From assembly GCF_035627415.1 (NCBI RefSeq), contig NZ_DASPLU010000011.1:24877-88876 (forward strand): a stretch of 64,000 nucleotides of DNA. Reading direction: 5' to 3'. The DNA comes from Vitreimonas sp. (GTDB lineage Bacteria > Pseudomonadota > Alphaproteobacteria > Caulobacterales > Aquidulcibacteraceae). Below are positions 28,696 through 37,001 of the stretch, piece by piece. Both the position numbers and the translations under genes were made by a program. The number at the start of each line of letters is the position of its first letter. The first letter of the stretch is position 1. The notes under the pieces were generated by a model. The model did no database searches. It saw only the letters and a list, made by a program, of their open reading frames with translations, and had not been told where the DNA came from.

Positions 28696-29541
28696 TCACG
28701 CGCCGAGATAGACGGCGTTGAGTGTGCGCGTGACCGGGCCGACCTTGCCGTCGCCCACCGGCCTGCCGTCGATCGTCACCACGCCCACAGCCGGATTGCT
28801 AGCCGAGCTGATGAACGCCTCCCGCGCCGCCAGCGCATCGGCGATCGTGAACGGCGCTTCGACGACCGCGAGCTGTCGCTCCCGCGCCAGCCCGATCAGC
28901 GCCGCGCGCGTCACGCCATGCAGCAAAGCCGTCGACAGCGCGCGCGTGCGCAAGCTGCCTGCCGCATCGACGATCCAGGCGCTGGAAGAGGTTCCTTCCG
29001 TCACAAATCCGTCGTCGTCGACGAACCAGGCTTCGAACGCGCCGGCCTCCTTCGCCGCCTGGCGCGCGAGCACGTTCGGCAGCAGATTGACCGATTTGAT
29101 GTCGCGCCGGGCCCAGCGCGTTTCCGGCGCGCTGATCACGCGAACGCCGCGCTCGACGCGCGCGGCGATCGCGCGCTGGTCGAGGTTCTTGGCCGTCACG
29201 ATCAGCGTCGGCCGCACTGCGGCGCTTGGAAACACATGATCGCGCGGCGCCGCGCCGCGGCTCACCTGCACATAGACGATGCCGTCGCGCACGCGGTTGC
29301 GCCGCATCGTCTCGCGCATGACCGCCCACAGCGAAGCTTCGCTCATCGGATGCGCGATGCGCAGTTCGTCCAGCGAACGCCACAGCCGGGCCATGTGCGC
29401 TTCGGCGTCGTAGAGACGTCCGCCGCGCACCGCCCACACTTCGTAGATCGAATCCGCGAGCTGCAGCCCGCGGTCCATCACGGAGATCAAAGGCGCGTTC
29501 AGCGGCGCATAGGCGCCATTCACGTACGCGATGCGGCTCAT
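28696..29541 (-). CDS. Class IV (fold type IV) aminotransferase, D-amino-acid/branched-chain type
   Basis: Internal ATG 29541: MSRIAYVNGAYAPLNAPLISVMDRGLQLADSIYEVWAV...RDIKSVNLLPNV...EGTSSSAW. The ATG overlaps the ntrX TGA (ATGA). Confidence 0.88.
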   Translation of the reverse strand: MSRIAYVNGAYAPLNAPLISVMDRGLQLADSIYEVWAVRGGRLYDAEAHMARLWRSLDELRIAHPMSEASLWAVMRETMRRNRVRDGIVYVQVSRGAAPRDHVFPSAAVRPTLIVTAKNLDQRAIAARVERGVRVISAPETRWARRDIKSVNLLPNVLARQAAKEAGAFEAWFVDDDGFVTEGTSSSAWIVDAAGSLRTRALSTALLHGVTRAALIGLARERQLAVVEAPFTIADALAAREAFISSASNPAVGVVTIDGRPVGDGKVGPVTRTLNAVYLGA

Positions 29542-30932
29542 TCGGCCTCGGCGCCGCCGCGTCCCGGCGCTTCGACGCCGAGCGACTTCAGCTTCCGGTG
29601 CAGCGCCGAGCGCTCCATACCGATGAAGGCCGCCGTGCGCGAGATGTTGCCGCCGAAGCGCGTGATCTGGACGTTGAGATACTCGCGCTCGAACCGCTCG
29701 CGCGCGTCCCGGAGCGGCAGCCCGATCACTTCCTGCAGCCCATCGTGTTTGGAGAAACCGGCGCTCGGCCACGCTTCCGGCGGCAGCGCATCGACCGTCA
29801 CTGGCGCGCCGGGATCGCCGCCGGCCAGGATGAGGATGCGTTCAATCACGTTGCGCAGCTGGCGCACGTTGCCCGGCCAATCGGCCGCCTGCAGCGCCGC
29901 GAGCGCATCTTCGCCGATCTGCCGCGCCGGCACGCCCGACATGCCCGCCAAACGGCCGACGAAATACCCGGCCAGTTCCGGAATGTCCTCGCGACGCTCC
30001 GCCAGCGCCGGCGCGCGCAACGGCACGACGTTGAGACGATGGAACAGATCTTCGCGGAAGCGCCCGGCGGCGATATCGCCGGTGAGGTCGCGCGATGTGG
30101 ACGACACCACGCGCACGTTCACCTGAACGTCCGCCGTGCCGTCGAGCCGGCGGAAGCGCTGATCCACCAGCACGCGCAAGATCTTCGACTGCGTCTCAGG
30201 CGGCATGTCCCCCACCTCATCGAGGAAGAGGGTGCCGCTGTGCGCTTGTTCGAATACGCCGATCTTGCGCGGACGTCCGTCCGGGCCTTCTTCGCCGAAG
30301 ATTTCGCTCTCCATCCGAGCCGGCGCGATCGAGGCGGCGTTGATCACCACGAACGGCCCGTTCACGCGCGGGCTGCGCTCGTGCAGCAGGCGCGCGACCA
30401 GCTCTTTGCCGGACCCGGCCGGGCCGCTGATCAGCACGCGCGAATTGGTTTGCGCCACGCGTTCGATCGAGCTGCGCAGCGCCGCCATCACCGCGGACGA
30501 GCCGATCAGCAGATCGCTCGCAGCCGAACGCGCTTTGAGTTCGGCGTTCTCGCGCTTCAGCCGCGTCGTCTCCAGCGCACGCTGCACCACGAGCAGCAGA
30601 CGGTCGGCCGTGAACGGCTTCTCGATGAAGTCGTAAGCGCCGTTGCGGATAGCCGTGACGGCCGTCTCGATCGTGCCGTGACCGGAGATGACGATCACCG
30701 GCATGTCGGGATCGATCTCCTTGAACATGGCGAGCAGTTCGAGCCCATCGACGCGGCTGCCCTGCAGCCATACGTCGAGCACCACCAGCGACGGCTTCCG
30801 GCGCCGGAATGCGTCCAGCGCTTCGTCGCTGTCGCGCGCCGCCCGCACCTGATGTCCGTCATCTTCCAGGATGCCGGAGATGAGGTCGCGGATGTCGGCC
30901 TCGTCGTCGATGATCAGAATGTCTTGCGCCAT
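29538..30932 (-). CDS. ntrX: Response regulator NtrX (REC + AAA+ lacking GAFTGA + HTH)
   Basis: ILIIDDEADIRD...LDVWLQG receiver. GPAGSGKE Walker A, LFLDEVGDM Walker B. C-terminal HTH. Sits downstream of ntrY. Confidence 0.92.
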   Translation of the reverse strand: MAQDILIIDDEADIRDLISGILEDDGHQVRAARDSDEALDAFRRRKPSLVVLDVWLQGSRVDGLELLAMFKEIDPDMPVIVISGHGTIETAVTAIRNGAYDFIEKPFTADRLLLVVQRALETTRLKRENAELKARSAASDLLIGSSAVMAALRSSIERVAQTNSRVLISGPAGSGKELVARLLHERSPRVNGPFVVINAASIAPARMESEIFGEEGPDGRPRKIGVFEQAHSGTLFLDEVGDMPPETQSKILRVLVDQRFRRLDGTADVQVNVRVVSSTSRDLTGDIAAGRFREDLFHRLNVVPLRAPALAERREDIPELAGYFVGRLAGMSGVPARQIGEDALAALQAADWPGNVRQLRNVIERILILAGGDPGAPVTVDALPPEAWPSAGFSKHDGLQEVIGLPLRDARERFEREYLNVQITRFGGNISRTAAFIGMERSALHRKLKSLGVEAPGRGGAEAE

Positions 30933-30935
30933 CTT

Positions 30936-33176
30936 TTATGAGGCTCCTGCGCCTTGGTCTGCAGCGGGCTCGACCGGCTCTTCGCCGCGTTTGGGTAGAA
31001 CGAAACGGACGACCGCGCCCGGGCCGGGGCCCGGCGCGTCGTCCAACTCAATCAGCCCCCCATGGTCTTCCACGATGCGCGCCACGATCGCGAGGCCGAG
31101 CCCCGCGCCCTTGGTGCGCGTCGTCACGTACGGTTCGATCAGGCGGTGACGATCCTTTTCCGGGAAGCCCAACCCGTTGTCGATCACCTCGAACTGCACG
31201 CCAAAATCCAAATCCCGCAAGCGCAGCAGCACGAACCCGTCCTTCGGTTCGCCGTCGCGCGCGCGCCGCGCCTGCACGCTCTCCGCCGCGTTCTTGATCA
31301 GATTCAACAGCGCCTGCGAGATCAGCCGCTCGTCGACGACCAAGCCGATCGGTTTGTCGACGCCTTCCACTTCGATGCGCAAGTCGGCGAAAGCAAGGCG
31401 CTGACCGAACACGGTCGAACGCGCCACATCGCTCATGTCGGCGAACGACATTTTCGGCGTCGGCATGCGCGCGAACGAAGAGAATTCATCGACCATGCGG
31501 CCGATGTCGGCCACCTGCCTCAGGATCGTATCGGTGCACTTCAGGAACGTGTCCTGGTCCGAGACGATCTCGCCGGCGTATTTCCTTCGCAGACGCTCGG
31601 CCGAGAGCTGGATCGGCGTCAGCGGGTTCTTGATCTCGTGCGCGATCCGCCGCGCGACGTCCTTCCACGCTTCCTGACGCTGCGCCGAGATGAGCTTCGT
31701 CATGTCGTCGAACGTCAGCACGAGGCCGCCCGACGCATCCGGGCTCATGCGCACGCTCAGGTTCAGCGAGCCGCCCTCGCGCACCAGGTCGACGCGCTGC
31801 GGCGGCGTTTCCCCGGCCGGCGCCGGCTGGTTCAAGAGATCGGAGAATTCCGGCGCAATATCCACGAGCCGGCGTCCGACAATGCGTTCCTGGCCATGGC
31901 CCAGCAACTGGCCGGCGGAACGGTTGGACGCCGTGATGCGGCCGTCGCGGTCGAGACCGACGACGCCTGCGCTGACCCCGCCGAGCACTGTTTCGATGAA
32001 CTGGCTACGCTTTTCCGCATCTTCCTGCGCGCGCACCAGATCGCGCCGCTGCGTCTCCAGCTGCGCCGTCATGCTGTTGAACGCGCCCGCCAGGGCGTCG
32101 ATTTCATCGCGATCGTCGCCGGTGGCGACGCGCGCCTTGAGATCGCCGGAGGCGACGCGCCGCGCCGCGCCGACGAGCCGTCCGATCGGCTCGGCCACGC
32201 GTGAGGCGCTCGTCAGCCCGACCCAGCCGGCGGCCAGCAACACGATCAACGCCGTCGAGAAGTACGCGAGACCGAACAGGCCGCGCAGCGTCCCCTGCTG
32301 CTCGCGCGCGTTTCGATAGTCCTCGACGGAATTGTCGAACGCCCGCAGCTGCGCCACGAGCCCGGGCTCGACCGCGCGCGAAACCCAGACATAGGCGCCA
32401 TCATAGGCGCTGAGCCGATGCAGCGCGAGCACGCGGTCGTGCTCCTGATCGAAGCGCACGAACACATCGCCGGCGTTCGCGGTCTCGAACGCCTGCGCCG
32501 ACGGCGGCGCATAGCCGACTGCGCCGGCACGCTCCGCCCGCGCCAGCACGCTCCCGGCCGAGTCGATCACATAAGCGGAAACGAGATCGCGTCGCTCGGC
32601 TTGGGCCGCGAGGAACGAGAGATAGACGTCAGGCTCCTCCACCAAGCCGCGTTGCGCCAGGTTCAAGTCGACCGCCATGGCTTCGACTTCGCCGGTGATG
32701 CCGCCGGAGGCGAGATCGACATAAGCGCGGCCGACGTTCGCCGCGTTTTCGATCGTCGTCTCGACGCGCTGGCTGAACCAGCGTTCAACGCCTTGGCTGA
32801 AGGTGAAGCCCAGGAACGCCGCGACGATCAGCGCCGGCGCCAGAGCCGCCAAACTGAACAGCGTCACGAACCGCACATGCAGGCGAGCGCCGGTCGCCGA
32901 CGACCGCCACGCTCTCGCCACGCGCATCAGTCGGTGCAGCAGGATGCCGGCGAGCCCCGCCGAGATCACTAGGCTGGCGATCAGCAGCCCACGGATGGTC
33001 CCGCTCGCGCCGCCGGCCAAACCTTCGCCCAACAGCAGCGCGATCGTCGCAGAGCCGGTCAGGAAGATCGCGAGGCCGAGGCCGACCAGAAACAGAAGCG
33101 CGCTCTTCCCCTGCGGGCGATCGCTCAGGACCGCCGTTTCTGCCGGCTCGTCAGCCGCCGTGATGTGATGCACCAT
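30936..33176 (-). CDS. ntrY: Sensor histidine kinase NtrY (TM-HAMP-PAS-HisKA-HATPase)
   Basis: N-terminal TM segments. H-box RIAHEIKNPLTPIQL. N-box NLIKNAAES. G-boxes DNGLGF and GAGLGLAIV. Confidence 0.92.
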   Translation of the reverse strand: MVHHITAADEPAETAVLSDRPQGKSALLFLVGLGLAIFLTGSATIALLLGEGLAGGASGTIRGLLIASLVISAGLAGILLHRLMRVARAWRSSATGARLHVRFVTLFSLAALAPALIVAAFLGFTFSQGVERWFSQRVETTIENAANVGRAYVDLASGGITGEVEAMAVDLNLAQRGLVEEPDVYLSFLAAQAERRDLVSAYVIDSAGSVLARAERAGAVGYAPPSAQAFETANAGDVFVRFDQEHDRVLALHRLSAYDGAYVWVSRAVEPGLVAQLRAFDNSVEDYRNAREQQGTLRGLFGLAYFSTALIVLLAAGWVGLTSASRVAEPIGRLVGAARRVASGDLKARVATGDDRDEIDALAGAFNSMTAQLETQRRDLVRAQEDAEKRSQFIETVLGGVSAGVVGLDRDGRITASNRSAGQLLGHGQERIVGRRLVDIAPEFSDLLNQPAPAGETPPQRVDLVREGGSLNLSVRMSPDASGGLVLTFDDMTKLISAQRQEAWKDVARRIAHEIKNPLTPIQLSAERLRRKYAGEIVSDQDTFLKCTDTILRQVADIGRMVDEFSSFARMPTPKMSFADMSDVARSTVFGQRLAFADLRIEVEGVDKPIGLVVDERLISQALLNLIKNAAESVQARRARDGEPKDGFVLLRLRDLDFGVQFEVIDNGLGFPEKDRHRLIEPYVTTRTKGAGLGLAIVARIVEDHGGLIELDDAPGPGPGAVVRFVLPKRGEEPVEPAADQGAGAS

Positions 33177-33238
33177 AGCCGGGGGAAACCTATGTTGCGG
33201 GGAAGCAACATAGGTGTTGAACCAATATCACGGCGGCG

Positions 33239-34618
33239 TCAATCGCCGCGCCCAGTCCGGATGCCGAGGGTCTGAATCTTCTTGCGCAGGGTGTTGCGGT
33301 TGATGCCGAGCACCGCCGCGGCCTTGATCTGGTTGCCGCGCGTGGCGGCGAGCGTCTGGGTGATCAGCGGCCGCTCGAGTTCTGCGAGCATGCGATCGTA
33401 CAGCCCCGCCGCCGGTAAGCCAGCGCCCGCAGCAGCGAACTCCTGCGCCACACGCTGCGACAGCGCCGCCTCGATCCCGTCGCACGCGCCCTCGGCCAGT
33501 TCTTCGTTCGCGGCCGCGCCAAGCTCGTTCGCGATCTCCCGAGCGGTGATGACCGATGCTGGGCTCAGCGCCGCGGCGCGGCGGAGCAAATTCTCCAGCT
33601 CGCGCACGTTGCCGGGAAAGGCATGGCCTTTGAGCCGATCGATCGCCGCGCTGTCTATGCTCTTCTCCGGCAGGCCTTCGCGCCGCGCCCGCACCAGGAA
33701 TGCGCGCGCAAGGTCGCCGACGTCCTCCAGCCGCTCACGCAGCGGCGGCAGCCGGATCGAAACCACGTTCAGCCGGTAGAACAGATCCTGACGGAACGAG
33801 CCCTGCCGCGCCAACGCGGCCAAGTTTCGCTGGGCGGCAACGATCAGGCGCGCGTTCGGCCGCTCGTTCGGATCTTCCGCGTGCAGCAAACCGGCAAGCC
33901 GCGTTTGTGCATCCGCCGGCAGTTCATCCACGTCCTCGAGAAACAACGTGCCGCCGTGCGCCTGCGCGAACTTGCCGTCGGACGCAAACAGGTCGCGATC
34001 GATCTGGCCCGCGCCCGCGCCCGCCAAGCTCAGCGTTATGTACGGTCCGCTCGCCCGGCGGCTGTGGTCATGGATCGCGCGCGCGACACGCTCCTTGCCC
34101 GTGCCGCTCTCCCCTTCGATCAGCACCGTGAGATCGGTGCCGGCGACGCGCGCCATCACGCGATACACATCCTGCATCGCCTGCGAGCGCCCGATCAGCG
34201 GCAGCCGCTCCTCCTTCTCCGCTTTGCTCGCTTGCGCGCGCGTTTTCGCGTCGGGGCCGCCGTCAAGCGCGCGGCGTACGACCGCCATCAGCTCGTCGAG
34301 ATCGAATGGCTTTGGCACATAGTCGAACGCGCCGGCGCCGGCGGCGGAGAGGGCGGTCGTCACTGTCGACTGCGCGCTCATCACGATCACCGGCAGGTTA
34401 GGGCGCGCCGTGCGCATGCCGGGCAGGGCGTCGAACACACAATCGTCGCCCATATAGACATCGCTGAGGACGAGATCGCCCTCCCCCTCTTTCACCCACT
34501 TCGCCAGCGTCGCCACATTTCCCGTCGCGCGGACTGCGTAGCCTTCCTTGCCGAGCGCCTGCGAAAGCACGAAACGCAGAGAGGAATCGTCGTCGGCCAG
34601 CAGTATGCGCGCGCTCAT
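33239..34618 (-). CDS. ntrC: Nitrogen regulation response regulator NtrC homologue (GAFTGA loop absent)
   Basis: Canonical receiver (LLADDD...LSDVYM...VPKPF). GESGTGKE Walker A. C-terminal Fis-type HTH RGNQIKAAAVLGINRNTLRKKI. Its ATG overlaps the ntrB TGA. Confidence 0.9.
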   Translation of the reverse strand: MSARILLADDDSSLRFVLSQALGKEGYAVRATGNVATLAKWVKEGEGDLVLSDVYMGDDCVFDALPGMRTARPNLPVIVMSAQSTVTTALSAAGAGAFDYVPKPFDLDELMAVVRRALDGGPDAKTRAQASKAEKEERLPLIGRSQAMQDVYRVMARVAGTDLTVLIEGESGTGKERVARAIHDHSRRASGPYITLSLAGAGAGQIDRDLFASDGKFAQAHGGTLFLEDVDELPADAQTRLAGLLHAEDPNERPNARLIVAAQRNLAALARQGSFRQDLFYRLNVVSIRLPPLRERLEDVGDLARAFLVRARREGLPEKSIDSAAIDRLKGHAFPGNVRELENLLRRAAALSPASVITAREIANELGAAANEELAEGACDGIEAALSQRVAQEFAAAGAGLPAAGLYDRMLAELERPLITQTLAATRGNQIKAAAVLGINRNTLRKKIQTLGIRTGRGD

Positions 34619-35697
34619 GGGCTGTCTTCCGGGTCGATGGGGAGCAGGATCTTGAACGCCGTGCGGCCAGGATTGCTGTCGACTTCGATGCGCCCGTCGT
34701 GACGCGCGACGATATCGGCGGCGACGGTGAGGCCAAGGCCCATGCCGTTCGCCTTCGTCGTCGCGAACGCTTCGAACAAGCGGTCGACCACGTCCGGATG
34801 CAAACCCGGCCCGTTGTCGACGATCTGCACTTCGAGCTGCGCCCGCGCCGCGCCGCTCGCGGCGGAGCGGAATTTCACGCCGGGCCGATAGGAAGTGACG
34901 ATCGCGATCTCGCCATCGGCCTGGCCGGCCACCGCTTCGGCCGCGTTCTTGGCGATGTTCAGAAACGCCTGGATCAGCTGATCGAAGTCGCCGCGCACTT
35001 GCGGCAAGCTCGGATCATAGTGCTCGCGGATCATCACGTCCGGCGCGCTCGAGCCGACCAGCTTACGCACGCGCTCCAGCGCCTCGTGAATGTTGAACAG
35101 TTCGAACCGCGGCGGCTCGAACGCCGCCATCGGATCGATCTTGTCGGTGAGCCGGCGAATGCGGTCGACCTCGTCGCAGATCAGTTTCGCCAGCGCCGCC
35201 GAGTCCGGATCGTCCGTGCGCGCGATCAGCTGCGCGGCCGCGCGGATGCCGGCGAGCGGGTTGCGCACTTCATGCGCCAGCGTGCGCGCCGCCGAGTGTC
35301 CGGCGACCGGCGGCGCTGTGCGCGCCCGCGGCGGCCGCGTCAGCACCAAGGCGATATAGCCATTGTCGCCCACCGGCCCGGCCGCAACCGTCGCGCGGCC
35401 AAGGGCGAAGCCGGGACCAACCAGGGCGACATCGGTTTCGGCGACTCCGGACGCGCCGCTCAGGGCCCGGCGCGCGAGATCGATGATGGGCGCGTCGGGG
35501 CCAAAGATTTCATCGAGCCGCCGTCCGAGCAGCCCGCGCCCCACACCGGCGAGAAGTTCAGCCGCTGCGGCGTTGACGAAGCGGATGCGCTCACCCCCGT
35601 CTATGCCGAGCACCGGCGCCGGCAACGCCTCGAGCCAGCGCTCCGCGTCGGGCGCCGCCTGGCGGGCGGCGAGCGGGCGCAGCACGGCGTCGGTCAC
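34615..35697 (-). CDS. ntrB: Sensor histidine kinase NtrB
   Basis: PAS-like N-terminus. H-box LAHEVRNPLAGI. N-box FLNIAKNAAEA. DNGPGL and GMGLGL boxes. Confidence 0.9.
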   Translation of the reverse strand: MTDAVLRPLAARQAAPDAERWLEALPAPVLGIDGGERIRFVNAAAAELLAGVGRGLLGRRLDEIFGPDAPIIDLARRALSGASGVAETDVALVGPGFALGRATVAAGPVGDNGYIALVLTRPPRARTAPPVAGHSAARTLAHEVRNPLAGIRAAAQLIARTDDPDSAALAKLICDEVDRIRRLTDKIDPMAAFEPPRFELFNIHEALERVRKLVGSSAPDVMIREHYDPSLPQVRGDFDQLIQAFLNIAKNAAEAVAGQADGEIAIVTSYRPGVKFRSAASGAARAQLEVQIVDNGPGLHPDVVDRLFEAFATTKANGMGLGLTVAADIVARHDGRIEVDSNPGRTAFKILLPIDPEDSP

Positions 35698-35783
35698 CGG
35701 AGGCGCTCCGCGCGTGCGGGCGAGACAAACCGCCAGATTTGCGCCAAACGGGGCATGAGTCCGTCCTTCCGGAACCGGAGCTT

Positions 35784-37001
35784 ATGGCGCCTAAAAAGCG
35801 GGCGCCACAGGTTTTATGCTGCAACGCAACACGAGAGGCCAAGATTCCCCAGTCGAGGACAACCGCGGCGATCATCGTGGCCGCCGGACGCGGCGAGCGC
35901 GCAGGCGGCGCTCTGCCCAAGCAGTACCGTCCCATGCACGGCCGGCCCGTGCTGCGCTGGTCTGTCGCCGCGTTCGCTGAGGCGGGCGTCGACAACATCA
36001 TCGTCGTCTGCGCAGCGGCCCAAGCTGACGCCTGCGCCGTCGCCATTGAAGGCTACGCAGCGACGATCACGCCTGGCGGCGACACGCGCACGGCCTCGGT
36101 TCGCGCCGGCCTTGCTGCGGCCGGTGACGCCGACGTGATCCTGATTCATGACGCCGCCCGGCCAGGCCTGTCGGCCGAAATGGTCAGAACGCTGGTCGCG
36201 GAGATCGCCAGCGGGGCCTCCGCCGTCGCCCCTGCCCTGCCGGTCGCCGACACGTTGTTGCGCACGGAAGAGGGCGGCCGCGTCGTCTCCGAGCTCGACC
36301 GTGCGGGCGCCGTGCGCGTGCAGACGCCGCAAGCGTTCGACGGCCGCGCGGTGCGGGCGGCGTATGCGGCGGCGGCGGAGTCGATGGCGTTCACCGACGA
36401 TCTCGCCGTCGTGCGCGCCAACGGCGTTGCAACGCGGGTGATCGCGGGCGATCCGCGCCTCATGAAGCTGACCTATCCGGAGGACTTCGCCATGCTGGAG
36501 CGCATGCTCGCCGGCGAGCGCATCACCTGCGTCGGCCACGGCGTTGACGCGCATCGTTTCGGCGCGGGCGATCACGTCACGCTGTGCGGCCTGCGCATCG
36601 CCCACGACAAGGGCCTCGTCGGCCATTCCGACGCCGACGCCGGCTGGCATGCGCTCGTCGACGCCATTCTGGGCGCGCTCGGCCAGGGCGACATCGGCGC
36701 GCATTTTCCGCCGAGCGACCCACAGTGGAAAGGCGCGGAATCCGAACGCTTCCTGCGCCACGCTAAAGCGCTCGCCGACGCCGCCGGCGCACGCATCCTG
36801 CACGTCGACGTCACGCTGATCTGCGAGCGACCTAAGATCGGCCCGCACCGCGAGGCCATGCGTGCGCGCACCGCCGAAGTGCTCGGGCTTCCGCTCGATC
36901 GCGTCAGCGTCAAAGCGACGACCACCGAGCGCATGGGCTTCCTCGGCCGCGAAGAAGGCCTTGCCGCGCAAGCGACGGCGACGCTCGATCGCCCGGCTTA
37001 G
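35784..37001 (+). CDS. ispDF: Bifunctional IspD/IspF (MEP cytidylyltransferase / MEcPP synthase)
   Basis: AAIIVAAGRGERAG...PKQY (IspD). C-terminal GHGVDAHRF...GHSDADAGWHAL (IspF). ORF opens at 35739; ATG 35784 preferred, so the start is uncertain. Confidence 0.93.
   Translation: MAPKKRAPQVLCCNATREAKIPQSRTTAAIIVAAGRGERAGGALPKQYRPMHGRPVLRWSVAAFAEAGVDNIIVVCAAAQADACAVAIEGYAATITPGGDTRTASVRAGLAAAGDADVILIHDAARPGLSAEMVRTLVAEIASGASAVAPALPVADTLLRTEEGGRVVSELDRAGAVRVQTPQAFDGRAVRAAYAAAAESMAFTDDLAVVRANGVATRVIAGDPRLMKLTYPEDFAMLERMLAGERITCVGHGVDAHRFGAGDHVTLCGLRIAHDKGLVGHSDADAGWHALVDAILGALGQGDIGAHFPPSDPQWKGAESERFLRHAKALADAAGARILHVDVTLICERPKIGPHREAMRARTAEVLGLPLDRVSVKATTTERMGFLGREEGLAAQATATLDRPA

Noticed and set aside
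29598-36138. Series of long plus-strand ORFs (29598..30941, 31062..32204, 33623..34702, 34699..36138) and minus ORF 35814..37568
   Set aside because: All are antisense or out of frame relative to ntrX, ntrY, ntrC, ntrB and ispDF, which carry canonical motifs. The translations are dominated by R/A/G/D/H runs with no motifs.
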